A stretch of 64,000 nucleotides of DNA, taken from contig CM059431.1 in the NCBI GenBank assembly GCA_030390025.1, forward strand, positions 154,816,001 to 154,880,000. Direction: 5' to 3'. Of this stretch, positions 1 through 13,305 are shown one piece after another; within the stretch, counting starts at the first letter, position 1, and each line of letters opens with the position of its first letter. A program made the position numbers and the translations under genes. The notes beneath the pieces were generated by a model. The model made no database searches, was not told where the DNA came from, and saw only the letters and a list, made by a program, of their open reading frames with translations. This DNA is from Squalus acanthias. Lineage: Eukaryota.

Positions 1-39
1 GCGATGGCTGTGAGTGGAAGGCTTTGACAAGGAGCAAAA

Positions 40-262
40 GATAAGCTGCCCAGCTTCTCCGGTTTGGCATAGGTGGTTCTGGCGGAGGAAGTAGGGAGAA
101 GAGGAGGGGTTTCCACTATCTGCAGTGGGAAGGAGGCCAAGGAGGTAGCTGATGCGCCGCATGTGGGAAGAGATCACACATGAGTTCACAGAAGGAGGCC
201 TGGACTCAGGACATGGCTCCAGTGCTGCAAGAAATTTAATGACTTGACCCATGTGGTCAAAG
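40..262 (+). mobile_element. Degenerate Myb/SANT-like ORF remnant of a PIF/Harbinger element
   Basis: Frameshifted translation ...RMWEEITHEF / RTWLQCCKKFNDLTHVVK followed by a GTAAG donor. It matches the W..V...V....RT..QC.KKF.DL pattern also seen at 10904-11155. Confidence 0.55.
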
Positions 263-1571
263 TAAGATCCCATCTCACACACACACTTCTCAAAAACTGC
301 ACCATCACAAACTCAACACGCTTCATCCAGCATCTAAGTCTGCACTGACATCCACACACCAAACATTGTTGCATCCTTCACCGGCACTACACACACCTCA
401 GACATAGCTCACAGCTCTTCAGCACTGTGAGGCATCACACACACAAAATTACACCTGCCAATGCACTCTTTCGGAATCACACTCTTTGTCTGCCAGACCC
501 CATCTTGGCCACCTCTTTACCTCTTTAGCGCCTAAAGTATTCGGCCAAAATAGCCCCCAGGTCTTTAGCTGCAACGCCGGCTTAGGCCGTGTTGAAGCGC
601 AAGACGCCATCAGCGGAAATGGGTTAGTGCAGGCTACATATACAGCTCCACGAAAATTGCGTCTATGCAGCACTTGCCAAACCTGTAGGTTTCTGGTTAG
701 CGCCTGCCGGCATGTTCAAATCATGGCAATCATCAATGAGACTGAAAATTGCGTGCTCAGTTAGAACTTTCAAATAGGCATTTCTTATTAGTACAACCCC
801 CACTTAGCACCTGTTACATCCGTTGGTTTAAATTACCCTCATTATGTATTAGCTATTTAGGCAAACATGCAACAGCCACGACCATCTCTGATTTCTCAGG
901 AACATCTTGTATTTCCAAGCCATTAAATCCAAACTTATATGACCGTCCGGATCATTTATAATTTAATTTACTGGACAAATGCTGCTGTTATCCAGCTTAC
1001 TCGATACTTCAAACAATCTTCGGGCACTGCCCGTTATAAACTTGGGTTTCTTTGGAGCTGTACTGCTTAAATTCAAATTCATCCTCACTTCCACTTATCC
1101 GTGATCCACTTGCTCACGGACCACTTATGACAAATTGGTCATTTGTTAAATTCTCCTACTCATCTACAAATCCCTCTACGATCTCGTCCACCTTATCTAT
1201 GCAGAGTTCTTCACATCTCCACTGTTTCACAACTATTCCCTCGATGTGGTCCCCAGTGTATCTCTTCTTCTGTTCCGGACTCCAGCCACAGACTCCCATC
1301 ACATTGGCTGAAACTCCGTTCCTATGGGCCTCCGTCTCGCTACTTCTTACTTACATTAAACATTCACCGAATGTTGTAAGGCCTGGGTCCTTCCTTAATA
1401 TACCAAAAAGAGACAGTGTTAATTGTTAATTCATCATCTGTAAGGCACCTCTGGCCGTTTCACTGCATGGATGGCTTTAAAGAATCGTCGTTGCTATAGC
1501 AATTGTTTAAGAGTATTCACTGTTTCGTAGCGGGCACAGCATTTAATCTGTTCTCATTTACACCTTGACAG

Positions 1572-1741
1572 AAAATGTAGGTAGTAAAATCTTACTAATG
1601 TTGGCGAGCTGCACGGATATCCAGCTGCACAGAGTTATCGTTTTCTACCGTCAGAGACTAGAACAGTCAATTGAAGAATACGTGGAGGCTGTTAGTCAGT
1701 CGCTTTTAGATGCAATCGTGTTTACTAAATCAGTTCATAAG
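1572..1741 (+). CDS. Exon, first half of CARD/death-fold-like module, copy A (NLR-like host gene)
   Basis: ttgacag|AA acceptor and AAG|gtatg donor; 170 bp, phase 1 to 0. Encodes (E)NVGSKILLMLASCTDIQLHRVIVFYRQRLEQSIEEYVEAVSQSLLDAIVFTKSVHK. Paralogous exons of identical length at 54904 and 57987. Confidence 0.8.
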
Positions 1742-2074
1742 GTATGCTACGTAGATTTTGGAATTATATAAAATTAAATGATTCATACAGTTGACTGTTT
1801 AGATTGACTGTATTCGGTGCAACCCAATCATAGAAACAATAATCTAAGATGTACTGGCATAACTTCAATCGGGACGTGAAATTGCATAAGGTGCCAATTT
1901 AAACAATATTTGAAGTGTTCTTCTGAGATATTTCTCTGGTAAATTAACTGTTCTGTAATTTTGAATGAGTGCATAGAATAATAATGGAACAGCATCTCAT
2001 GGTACATCCATTAGTTCCTTATGGCAGCGTCATTCGCCCAACACCAGTTAGCTTTTTATCCCAAATTGACAATG

Positions 2075-2370
2075 AACGACCATCGCTCACAAGTTCAGAA
2101 ATGGGGCTGTTCCCTGATGATTGCACAATGTTCAGCACTACTCGCAAATCTCAGATAATGAAGCAGTCCATGCCCACTTGAAGCAAGACCTGGACAACAT
2201 GAAGGTTTGAGCGGATAAGTGGCAAGTAACATTTGCGTTGCACAAGTGCCAGGCAATGACCATCTCAAAAATAAATGTCTAGTCGCTTCCGCTTGGCATT
2301 TAATGACATTACCATGGGTGAACCTGCCAACATACAAATGCTCGGTGTCACAATAAAACCGGCTTTGACA
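2075..2370 (+). mobile_element. LINE RT fragment (FADDCT-motif family)
   Basis: SEMGLFPDDCTMFS and WQVTFA motifs. Same family as 43235-46259; paralogous copy at about 63045-63320. Confidence 0.6.
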
Positions 2371-3299
2371 ATTCACTGCCAAATGGTCGTATTTCTGCAG
2401 GGATTGGGTTTACTCCAGCTTCTGAAAGCGGACACAGATTGCATCATATCAATTGAGCAATTATTCGAAATTCCAGGATTGAATACGCCAAGACGCCTCG
2501 AAATGAATAATTCAGTAAGACTCTACTAGCAGCGAAAGCATCACGTGTCATCAGCTAAACCCTAGTGGGAAACCTGGAGCTATATAAACTTTGCAATAAC
2601 AACATATTTCTAATCTCACTTGAAGAAATTAACTGACGTTTAGAAGCTATGCTTTTCGAATTTCTCCACGCTCAATGGCCGAGAGTTTCTGTCCATTCAC
2701 CATCAAAGCAGCCCTGTGTTTCCCGTAAACCATCCGATTGTTGTGAGCCATTGCCGCTTGCCCGGATTTCTAGAATGTTCTACAGAACTTATGCAAGTCG
2801 TTGTTTCCATTACTCTGCCTCTTTCTGCCTTCCAAAGAGGTTCCCTGTCACAGTTTTTACACCTAACTAAACATGTCCTTCATTTGCCACCTTACACAAT
2901 TTGCATTGTCTCACGTATCAGCCAGCAGTCACCAAATTCATCCAGTCTATGGGATATCCAACCTACTGTCTTCAGTGCATGCCCGATCAGGTCACGACCC
3001 TTATTGGCCCAATGCTCGGTGACATCACCGATACCGGGCTATCCTCAGGTATCATCCTGTTATGAAAAACTGCCATAATGAACCATGTGTTAAAAGAACC
3101 TCAGGACTTATTTGTGGTGTCCATATGCGCCCTTTTCCCAATAACTCCAACAGTTATATAACAAATTATTGGGAATAAAGCTGTTTAGCGGAAGGCACAG
3201 ATTGTCTGGGGATATGATAAAACTACATTGACAGCTACGTGGCTTATGTAAGGGCAGGTTTGAGAGCTAAGGTGACTTGTTGCCAAACATCGATGGTTA

Positions 3300-4290
3300 A
3301 TTGAATTTAAAACAAAAAATGGGAGGTATTATTAAAAGATTCAACGGCAGTACGGAACTCAGGACGGATATGAGGTATGATTCAGATTAGCAATCTATAC
3401 GGTTGGGTTACAGCATAATAAAGGAACTCTTTATATATGTGAGCTTAGTATCATGAATCAAATAGGGGGAAGGGATAGAAAAGATGTTTAGATACATTTT
3501 AGATAATTCAGCAATAGCAACAACGGAGTGATCGGTGATTTTAAATATCCAAAGAATAGAAGCAACGTAAGTGGGGAAGGGAGGCCATGGTGCCTGCAGC
3601 GTGTCCAGGACATTATACAGATGGATACTGTTTTAGAACAACAAGGAAGGAATCGGTATTGGATCTATTTCTAGAATGTGGACGGGTTAGTAGTTGAGGT
3701 AAGGGTAGTGCAACATTTAAGAAGAATCATATCGTTAGGTTTATTCTGAATTGTAAAAGGGAACGTGGCAATCAAAGCAATATATATTTTTCTGGAATAA
3801 CTCCAACTTCAACGAGACTAAACAACTAGCAAAGATATTTTGGGAATTGACCACAGAAAGCCGCGGGGAAGTAATCAGTCGCTTCCATTGAGTAGAAGAT
3901 TCCCGCAGAAGGTGTACAAATTACACAAGAATAATAGAGGTGCAGCACAAACTAGAATTGCTTGAACGTGCATAGAAAATGAACTAAAATGAGATTGTAA
4001 AATAAATGTAGGGTTGTAGAGCTGATTATATACAACAAGACAGGGAAACACAGATAATATAAAACCTACGTGAAAACGTTGAATATTAGAGACAATTATT
4101 ACACTACACAGGCATTAAAAGTGAAATAGTTACACAAAGGACAGAGCTCTTCAGAGATTAAAAAGACATGGTCCATAGAGAACATGATGGAGTGACTGAA
4201 AAGCTTATGCTACTGTTTCGATTAATGAAAGGGATACTTGGAATGAATGAAAGGCTCATTGAAGTAAATAGAATGTATATCGGGCGCGGC
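3300..4290 (+). mobile_element. Highly degenerate CR1 ORF2 (endonuclease region) remnant
   Basis: ggtgattttaaatatcc (GDF.YP) and gtattggatcta (VLDL) motifs; resembles the reverse complement of 38800-39300. Confidence 0.4.
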
Positions 4291-4903
4291 ATGAAGCGGG
4301 ACGCCGTTTTACTTAAGTTCGCGCTACTGGTCAACACTAATTTCACCAACATATTTATGGTTTGCAGTTTGTGCAAATAGATTTTCTGAAACTAGATTGT
4401 GAACTTTAATAATATTACTGTTATTGCAAACAATAATGCTTGGTTTGGTCGAATACTCTTCCTGCAAATGTAACTTTCCCCTTTTATTCAGCACTTTAAC
4501 ATTTTCCATCTGTCAGCTGAGAACATACAGTTTCCCTGGATGACTCAACGCTGCTTCTCTCTGTTTTTGCAACTTCTTCCAGCCCTATAACCCTCCCTGA
4601 AATCTGCTCTCATCCAATTCTAGCCTTTCGCTCAACCTCGATTTTCCTTGTCCCACCATTGGCGACATTGCCCCCAGCTGCCTCGGCCCTAATTTCTGAA
4701 ATTCCTTCGCTAATCCTCTCCGGCTCCCGAACACTTACTCCTCGTTTAAGACGCTCTTTAAAACTTACCTCTTTGATCAAACTTCTACACTCCCGATTGT
4801 GAGCTTTTCTGTTCATTCATCTCATAAAGAGAGCGAGAAAGAGAAATGTCGCTTGTTTGCTGAATATGTACATTACTTGGCTCAATATGATTTCATTTTT
4901 TAG

Positions 4904-5102
4904 AGAATCATAACACTAGTTGAAAGTCACAACAGGAGTGACGCTTCCCGGCACATTTTCGATACCGTGCTGGAAAAGGGCGCTCGGGCAGAAAGAACAA
5001 TCTGGAAAATATTTCTTCAACTGCAGAACACAAAACCACGGCTAAAAGCGACATTTTCAGAGATGCAGAGCAAAGTTACAGAGCGACAAAGTCATTTGGA
5101 AG
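4904..5102 (+). CDS. Exon, second half of CARD/death-fold-like module, copy A
   Basis: tttttttag|AGA acceptor and GAAG|gtaggt donor; 199 bp, phase 0 to 1. Encodes RIITLVESHNRSDASRHIFDTVLEKGARAERTIWKIFLQLQNTKPRLKATFSEMQSKVTERQSHLE, in frame with the 1572-1741 exon. Paralog at 55768-55966. Confidence 0.8.
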
Positions 5103-5634
5103 GTAGGTGTTATCCAAATCCTTTGCAAAAAATATTGTGTATGTATGGCAATGACCTTATTTTAAGTTAAATTCTGTGGGGATGACATTCTACATGCGCT
5201 GGGAAATAAAACAGCCACGATCGCATTTGTCGACAGTTACAACAAACGCCGGACTTTCAGTACAATTCAAGGTTATTCGGACGCAGTGTACAATAGGCGA
5301 TCGATGCGATACCGCCATTGTTATGTCTGCGCGAAAAACCAGCTGTAGCGCATTTGCTGCTCGTTATGCGGTCGGTCCATGTTGCCTTCTATTGAGTTCA
5401 ATAGAACTGAATATAGGGCGATTTGAAGTTGGTGTGGTTTGTGTTCTGCTCTGGTCCAATAATGTGTTTACTTTTTTGAAGCCGAGGTTTGAACTTGCGC
5501 ATTACCGTTTCTCGTGGGTGTCAGAAAGCTCCACCGCATTATAAAAATAAGAAATTACCATATTTGGGAATGCAGTGGAGATTTCTTACCCCCATGAGAA
5601 TCAGTAATGCGCATGTTGAAACCTCCTCTTCTAT

Positions 5635-6396
5635 GGGGCAAAAATTCGGCCCTTCCAGGGTGACTCCACAGTGCGGACTCACCGGGAAGGCGTCACGAAG
5701 TGCCGGTTTCCTGCATGCACTGCGCATGAGCGGGAAACCGGAACTTCCAGCCTGGTTTAGGGGGCGGTTCCTCGGTGAACCGCGTGCGCGGTAGAGGCTG
5801 CGTGCACGCAGCAAACTTCGATTTTTTTTCAGGTTTCTACGGGAGTTCAAGCAGTGAAGAAACTACGATTATGAAAAGGAGGCGCAAGAGCCGTTTTCAA
5901 CAAAGGTAAGTGGTTAATTATGTATAATTTAAAAATTGTTTCAACAGGTTTATCTTTTTTAGATACTTTAAACAAAGGTAAGATTATTTTTATCACTTTT
6001 AAAAAGTATTTTAATTTTTTCAAAAATTTAAATTTTTCTTTAAAGTGTTTAATTTATTTGACTAAATTTATTTTATAAATGTGATCCTTTTTTAAATTTA
6101 TTTTATGCTTAGCTGTTCTTTTGGGGCCGATTTCAATTCACAGATTTGACAGGTCTCCTGTCAAATCTATGAATGAAAGATGGTCTGCTGCCATTGGCTC
6201 ACCATGGCCCACGTGATCCCAGGGGACGCATCGCACTAACTGCGCCCCTGGGACATGCACGCACTGCACGCCGGCAGTTGGGAGAGGCCCAGGAGCTGAA
6301 GTTCCCGTGGGCCCAAAACACAACGGCAGGCGCGGTAGGTAAGTGCGTGCGCGATCCTTACCCCCGCGGCAAGCCGGAGAGGCAAATTTCTGGGCA
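5635..6396. mobile_element. PIF/Harbinger-type MITE (divergent subfamily)
   Basis: Imperfect TIRs GGGGCAAAAATTCGGCC ... GGCAAATTTCTGGGCA with 3-bp TSD TAT. GC-rich palindromic subterminal arms and AT-rich core, like the other MITEs here. Confidence 0.7.
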
Positions 6397-6469
6397 TATA
6401 TGCCTTTATCTTATGGCATATATCTATCTTTCTGTATATATATACATATATGTGTGGTTTTGTGTATAT

Positions 6470-7390
6470 CTGGCAGGATGCTGATACCTTCAACACTGTG
6501 CCCACTGGCAGCATCCTGTTACAGTTTGAAATATCATACATACCTAGCCAAGTCCCGATATACTTCAAAACCCATACACAGCAGGCAACATGCTGATACA
6601 CTGATAAAACTCATGCTAACAGGATTCTGATAAACAGTGAATCCACGTACACATCAGGAGGGTTCCTGATAGGCTATGAAAGGCTGCACACATCTGGCCT
6701 AATGCTGCTACACTAACTCTCCGATATTTATCTAGCAGGATACCAGGATAGTTTATCCTCATAAACACCTGGCAGTTCTCCAATACACAATGAAACCCTT
6801 TACACACCTGGCAGGAATCGATACACGCTAAATATCAATAAACATCTGGCATGACCCTGAAGCACTGTGAATCCCCATACAAAAATGGAATTATCCCGAT
6901 ACATTTTGAACACTTGGCAGGATCATGGTACATCGGGGAACCCCATATACAGCGGGAAAGATTCTGGTACACTGTCAAACCCCATACATATCTCACGAGG
7001 TCCCAATACACTGTGAATCCCCATGCATATCTGGCAGGATCCTGATATACTGTGATTCCGCATACACACCGGGCGAGATCCTGATAAACTGTGAAACCCC
7101 ATACACACCTGAAGAAACCAAATATGCTGTGAATTAATGTACAAATCTGTCAGGATCATGATACATATAAAATCCATGCAAAACTAGAATAGTCCCGGTA
7201 AACTGTGAAACCGCATACACAGCTGGCAATGTTCCGGAACACTGAACCCCCATACGCATGTGGGAGGATCCTGATACATTGTGATAAATGACTCATAGCT
7301 GGCAGGATCCTGATATACTTTGAAATGCAATACGCACTTGTCAGAAGTCCGATACACTGTGAATCCGTATAAAAAAACTGTCAAGCCGAC
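6470..7390 (+). repeat. 39-bp minisatellite, block 1 (degenerate)
   Basis: Variants of the unit GATACACTGTGAAACCCCATACACACCTGGCAGGATCCT. Confidence 0.85.
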
Positions 7391-7399
7391 AATATAATA

Positions 7400-7813
7400 C
7401 TCATTGCTATGGAGAAGCTGAGGTTTATCTACTTCGAACAGAGAAGGTAAAGAAGAGATTTGATAGAGGTGTTCCAAATCATTAACGGTTTTGAGATAGT
7501 AAAGAATGATAAACTGTTTGCAGTGGCAGCAATGTCTGTCACAAGATAACACATATTCAAGGTGATTGGTAAAAGAACTACAGCTAATATGAGGAAATAT
7601 TTTTTGAAGCAGCGAGCTGCTCTGAAGTGCACTGTATTGCCTGACATGATGGTGGAAGCTTAGTCAATAGAAACTTCCAAAAGGGAATTGGATAAATACT
7701 TGCAGGGATTTTTATAGGGCTATGGGTTTAAAGTTGGGCAGTGGAACTAATTGGACAAGTCTATCAAGAGCCGGCACAGGCACGGTGTGCTGTATCATTC
7801 TATTATTCTATGA
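7400..7813 (+). mobile_element. CR1 LINE 3' end fragment
   Basis: EQRR.RRDLIEVFQII-like C-terminus and 3' tail gctgtatcattctattattctatga. Confidence 0.7.
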
Positions 7814-9482
7814 TAAAAACGTGAAATGACAGTGCAGGCTAAGTATAGGATATGTGATATGTGGAACTTTCATGACAGTAAGACTGCCCCGAAATGAAAA
7901 ATCTGCAGAAAATGTCTGTTTCTTTAGACACTCCAGCTTAGATTCTTTGAGCTGGAGTGCGAGATAGCGAGACTGCGATACTTAAAGAAGGGGGAGGAAT
8001 TTCTGGACAGTTTTCTTGTGAGTAATCCACAGGTGCAGAAAGCGGAGAATGTCATTGCCATTAGAGTAGGGGTAACCAAGGTAATATAGTGGAGGAGGTC
8101 CACAAGACACTGGTCCTCTCCAATGGACACAATTTATTTGATATCTGTGAGGATAAGAAGAAAAACTGCTGGGACGAAATTTACAATCCTGACCTTAGCA
8201 CCGTGGAGCAGAGGGCTGTTAAAATCGTGGCAGGTGCGGAGCAGATTCGAAGCGTAGTAGTTAAAAGAGATTCAATAATTAGTGGGATAGATAGCAACAT
8301 ATTCATCCAGCGTAGAGTGTCCCAAAGGTTATGTTTTCTACATGATGACAGAGCAAAGGACATCTCATTGTGACAGGAAAGTAATTTTGAATGGGTGGGG
8401 GGAGATCTTGTTGTCGTGTTCCATGTCGTGAACAGTGACAGGGGGAAGAAAATGGTAAAGCTCCTGTGGAAGGGGTATCAGAAGTTAGGAGCTAACTTAT
8501 AAAGCAGCGCTTCAAGGGTTGTAATGCCAGGGTTACAAACAGATCAGGAACGTGAACACGTGGCTAAAGGAGTGGCGTTTGAAGAGCGGGTTCCATTTTA
8601 TGGGACACCAGCACCAATAATGGGACAGGAAGAAGTGTGTGTCATTGGGATGCGCTGCCTCTGAACCGGGCTGGGACCAAGTTCCTAGCGGAAAGTATAA
8701 ATAGGCTGATAAAAAGGATTGTAAACTAATAAATGGAGGGGGCAGTAAGAGTCTCAGCCAGGAGCAAAAATAAAAACGATAGTTTCAATTTTTTTAAAGA
8801 AGGTATAAGTGCTGTTCAAGTCACAAACAGTACTATAAATACTACGGGTGAAGAGAATATAAAATAACTAAAGCAGTTACAGCAGGAGTGATAAATAAGT
8901 AATGTGTCAAGTTAAACGGTGTGAGAAAAGAAATAGCAGGACAGGTTAGGGTCTCTTTGACAAAAAAGAGCTTTATATACTAACTGACGAAGTATAATAA
9001 ATAAACTGAGTGAATTAGAAACTTTAAGGAGATGGCATGGTGGCCATTACTGAGACATGGCTTTAAACTGGTCATGATTAGTGGTGAAATACTCCGGGTC
9101 ATAAGGTTTTTTATAAAAGGCTTGAGAAACGGGAAGAGGAGGATGGGTAGTCTTTTTCATTAAATATACTATGACAACATTAGCAAGAGAGGACATAGGT
9201 AAGTGAAAGCAATCGGCAGAAACTATGGTTAGAAATTAAGAATAAGTGAGGATTTAAAACTGTCTACAGGCCGCTTGATACCAGCAATGAAGCGGCAGAA
9301 TGTATTAATTCAGAGATTAGAGAGACTTGTAGCAACATGCAGAGTTGTGCTAATGCGATACTTTAATTATCATGTAGATTGGGTAGAGCAGAATAACTCA
9401 AGACAGAAAGGTATTGAATTTCTTGAGTGCATTCAAGTTAATTTTCTGAAGCAATGTGCTCTAGAACCAACATGTGGGCATT

Positions 9483-10225
9483 GGCCCAGAAATTGATCTC
9501 GCTCTGTTCCCGCGGGGGTAAGCCTTTCCCGCGATGTCTCACCTCGCTTATGCTTTTTCTGATCCAGCTCGCACGAAATTGATGTTCCAGACATCAGCTG
9601 TGCTGGGCTTGCGTATCCCAGCGGCGTAGTTAATTCGTGCGAGCTGTGGGATCACGTGACTCAGTTAGAGCCAATGGCAGCACACCATCTTCCATTCATA
9701 AGTCTCACAGCATGGCTGAGAGACTTATGAATCTTACACCCCCCCAAAATAACAGCTAAACCTCAATTAAATTTAAAAAAAAACCCATCACATTAATAAA
9801 ATAAGTATAGTTAATTAAATTAACCATTTTAAATAAAAAATTAAATTTTTGAAAAAATTTAAAATCTTTTAAAAGTTATAAAAATAAACTTACCTGTCTT
9901 TAAAGTCTATAAAAAAGATATACCTGTAAAAAAAAATTCAAAAAAATACTTAATTCACTTCTTACCTTCTTAAAAGCGGGTCTTACTCCTCCTTTTTACA
10001 TTTCCAAAATCTTCAGTACTTACCTGCGCGTCCAAAGCATGAAGTGCACAGCGTGCGCGCAGCCTGTAGCGCGCACGCGATGCACTCCGGCCCCGCCCCC
10101 TTTTCGGAAGAGCAATTGCCGGTTTTCAGCGCATGCGCAGGGCATGCAGAAAACCGGCAATTGGAGTGGGAATACGCGAGAGTATGCAGTGCGTACTCTC
10201 GCGTCCCGGGATCAATTTTCGGCCC
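9483..10225 (+). mobile_element. PIF/Harbinger-type MITE, ~743 bp
   Basis: TIRs GGCCCAGAAATTGATC ... GATCAATTTTCGGCCC; flanks ATT/AAT. Highly similar to 14759-15500 (inverted) and 35515-36255. Confidence 0.9.
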
Positions 10226-10903
10226 AATATTAAATTTAGTAACAAGTAAAGAGACAGACTTCGTTATTAATCTAACAGTAAGGGGACATTTATCTAACAG
10301 TGATCATAATATGATAGAATTCAATGTGAGGTTTGAAAAGGAGAAACTTAAACCAGTTGCTAAGATTTTAGATGTTGGTACAGCCAACTACTTGCGGGGG
10401 ATATCAATATTTGTTTTTTTTATAATTATAATGGGCCAGAAATTGATCTGGCTCCGTTCCCGCGGGTGTAAGGAGCCGGCGCGGTAATACATACCGCGTC
10501 TGCCGTTTCGTCTTTTCCACGGAGAAAATTCATCTTCTGGCTGATTGAGTGCAGGGCAGCGTATGACGTCACACTGCCCTGCAGCGCAGCGTGCGCGTTG
10601 CATCGCGTGCGATTAGGAGTGAAGACACGCCCATTAAGGTCTCTTTTCCATAGGCCACGCCCCCGATTTTTTTCTCCACTGAAACCATTGTACAGCTGCT
10701 GAAGACACAGTTTTCTCACTGTTTTAGGTGGAATTTGCAGTAAGTAGGATTTAAGTGCATGGTTTTGTAAACTTTTAAAGATTTTTAGTATAATTTGAGT
10801 AATGTTAAACATTTGCAAAGAGATTTAAAGTAATTTAAATAGTTTTAAAAGCACAGAAATAATTTTTTTCAGAGATTTAACTGTTTATAATCAGCAAACG
10901 AAA

Positions 10904-11155
10904 TTGGCTGCTATCAGCACTATCCAATTTATCAAAATAACACAGAATTTCAGTGATGATGATCTCCGTACACTTCTTGACGAGGTAGAATCGAAACGTT
11001 CACGGATAATTGGAACTCAGAAGTCCAAGCCGCCGCGAAAAGGCCAAATGGCAGCGTGGAAAGAGGTTGCTCAAAGTGTGAGCGCAACCTCGACCATTCC
11101 TCGTACAGCTGAGCAATGTCGCAAAAAATTCAGCGATTTATATCGAACGCTGAAG
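10904..11155 (+). CDS. Harbinger Myb/SANT-like DNA-binding domain exon (probably partial or pseudogenic)
   Basis: NFSDDDLRTLLDEVE...AAWKEVAQSVSATSTIPRTAEQCRKKFSDL, ending at an AAG|gtttgt donor. No clean ATG, and the downstream candidate exon has stops. Confidence 0.7.
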
Positions 11156-12067
11156 GTTTGTATAGTTATAACAAAAGTCAATGTAAAAATGTCTTAACAT
11201 TTAAAATGAAAAGCCTTGAAAAAGTGTTTGTTTGCTAAGCTGAGTTAACTGAAGTCACAAGATGCTCCCATAAATTTTTATGGCTTTTGTAGCCAGGCAA
11301 GTCTCATAAAATGCTAATGTCATCTTGATTGAAATGCTTTGAGTTGCTTACTGAGTCCTCTTGAAGGACTGTTGCAGAAACCCAATGTGGAAGTGCCGCT
11401 TAGTAAAATAAATGAGTCTCTTGAAGGACTCATGCGAATAATTTCTGCTGCAATTACTGTGACTCCATCAGAACCAACCTTACCTGCTCCCAGCGCAGAA
11501 TCAGTGCAGGTCCAAGAGCCACCAACGATGATGCAATCAAGAAAGCGCAAGAGACGTTAGGGTGTTGCATGTTCCACAATTCACATCCATTGACCCTCAG
11601 GAATAGTTTATTTGTGGTTAAATTTTTCAAGTGTTTAATTTTTAGTTTTATTTAAAACTTACATGTTTACATTTTTCTTTATTTATATATATATTTGACA
11701 CTGAAACTGAAAGTTAGCTTTTCATTGAAAAAGTACAGCCTTTCGTCACTTTATAAAAATTCAAATTGTTTATTTTCAAAACAAAATTGAACATTAAAAC
11801 TTGTTTACATTTAGGAAAGAGTTATTTCCCATCTTGAATGTCTTTACTGCATTAACGAAGCAAAAAAGTTACTGAGAACTGTTAACACATTTTTAAAAAA
11901 CCTATTTCTGTTTACGATTGTTTACAAAGTTGAAAAGTAGCTAGTTAACATTGAAAAGTTATAAACTATGTAAAGCAACAATGAACCTCAGAAGTCAGTA
12001 ATGCTACAATAAAAGAGCACTGTTTCACTTTAAATTGTGTCTGTACCTTTATTTGCCTTGCTGGTGG

Positions 12068-12241
12068 AGAGGGAGGGGGAGAGGGAGGGGGAGGGGGAGG
12101 GGGAGGGGGAGGGGGAGGGAAAGGGAGGGGGAGGGGGAGAGGGAGAGGGAGGGGGAGAGGGAGAGGGAGGGGGAGAGGGAGAGGGAGGGGGAGAGGGAGA
12201 GGGAGGGGGAGAGGGAGAGGGAGGGGAGAGGGAGAGGGAGG
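12068..12241 (+). repeat. Polypurine (GAGGGG/GAGGGA)n tract
   Basis: About 170 bp of G and A only. Confidence 0.95.
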
Positions 12242-12253
12242 TACAAGGCGACA

Positions 12254-12766
12254 CTACCTCGTGAAGGTGTTGGCTACCAGCTGCTCCCGAGCAGCCTTAC
12301 TTTGAGCAGCAGTTGGCTCTTCCCCATCATGCCTTCCCACAGGCACATTGGCATTGTCCACGTCCTCCATTTCTGCAGGTCGTTCATCTGCAGCGTTAAG
12401 GGTCAGTCCTTCCTGCAGGGCAAAGTTATGCAAAGCACAACAGGCCACCACAATCTTTGCCACTTTCTGAGGAGAATACTGCAAGGTCCCCCCTGAACTG
12501 TCCAGGCTCCGGAAGCGTGATTTCAGAACTCCAATTGTCCTCTCCACCACTTGCCGTGTGGACACGTGTGCCTGGTTGTATCTCTCCTGAGCCTCATTAT
12601 TGGTCTTGCGGTAGGGAGTCATCAGCCATGGTCTTAGCGGGTAGCCCTTGTCGCCCAATATCCATGCGGATCCTGGAGGCAATGCGTTGAGGACGCCATA
12701 TAAGTCAGAGTTACGGAGGACGATTGCAAAAGGGCATCTTTCTCTCACACAGGCTTCCTCCTCAAA
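12254..12766 (-). CDS. Harbinger (HARBI1-like) DDE transposase, C-terminal part only
   Basis: WILGDKGYPLRPWLMTPY...ERYNQAH...RQVVERTIGVLKSRFRSLD...LQYSPQKVAKIVVACCALHNFA; preceded by a ttttttcattacaactttcag acceptor. The N-terminal GAIDxTH catalytic motif is absent. Confidence 0.85.
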   Translation of the reverse strand, partial: FEEEACVRERCPFAIVLRNSDLYGVLNALPPGSAWILGDKGYPLRPWLMTPYRKTNNEAQERYNQAHVSTRQVVERTIGVLKSRFRSLDSSGGTLQYSPQKVAKIVVACCALHNFALQEGLTLNAADERPAEMEDVDNANVPVGRHDGEEPTAAQSKAAREQLVANTFTR

Positions 12767-13185
12767 CTGAAAGTTGTAATGAAAAAATGGAAATAGTTGT
12801 TAAAGTAACTTTAGTTAAGTGAGTGGCTATAAAATCAGGTCAGGCTATGGTGGGACACGTGCGCTATCAGCTTGGGAACACATCTACCCGCCACACGGCC
12901 CTAGCTGATTTTCCAAAACTGTAACATTTTCAGAAATTCATACATACATACATACATACTTACTTACTTACTCATTTTCATCTTTAAAACTTTTTGAAAC
13001 GTAAACAGTTCATTTTTAAACTTTCATTTTCACAGATAGATACCTAAATATGCCTTGTACACACCCACAGTTGCTATACTACTCCAAATGGTCAAAACCC
13101 GTTTTTAAAAATTTTTTTTTAAAACTCTTTACTTATATAAGACTTCATTTAAAACTTTTGTGTCTTTCAGATTTAAAAAACTCAC

Positions 13186-13305
13186 CTCAGTAGCCACACT
13201 CCAAAAGGATTTCTTCCTCCTTCTTATCTCGGCAAATGTATAAATGGCTGCTGCTCCTGGTTTTAAAATGTGTAACTGCTCGGAGCTTACACACACTACT
13301 CTCAT
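13186..13305 (-). CDS. Candidate first coding exon of the Harbinger transposase transcript
   Basis: ATG at 13305 gives 40 codons (MRVVCVSSEQLHILKPGAAAIYTFAEIRRRKKSFWSVATE) ending at GAG|gtgagt; phase 0 matches the acceptor at 12766. Confidence 0.4.

Noticed and set aside
12030..12264. Pro/Ser-, Gly/Glu- and Arg/Gly-rich ORFs
   Set aside because: Translations of the polypurine microsatellite.
12254..12766. Domesticated HARBI1 gene
   Set aside because: It lies within TIRs and a TSD and lacks the N-terminal half; it is a transposon derivative.
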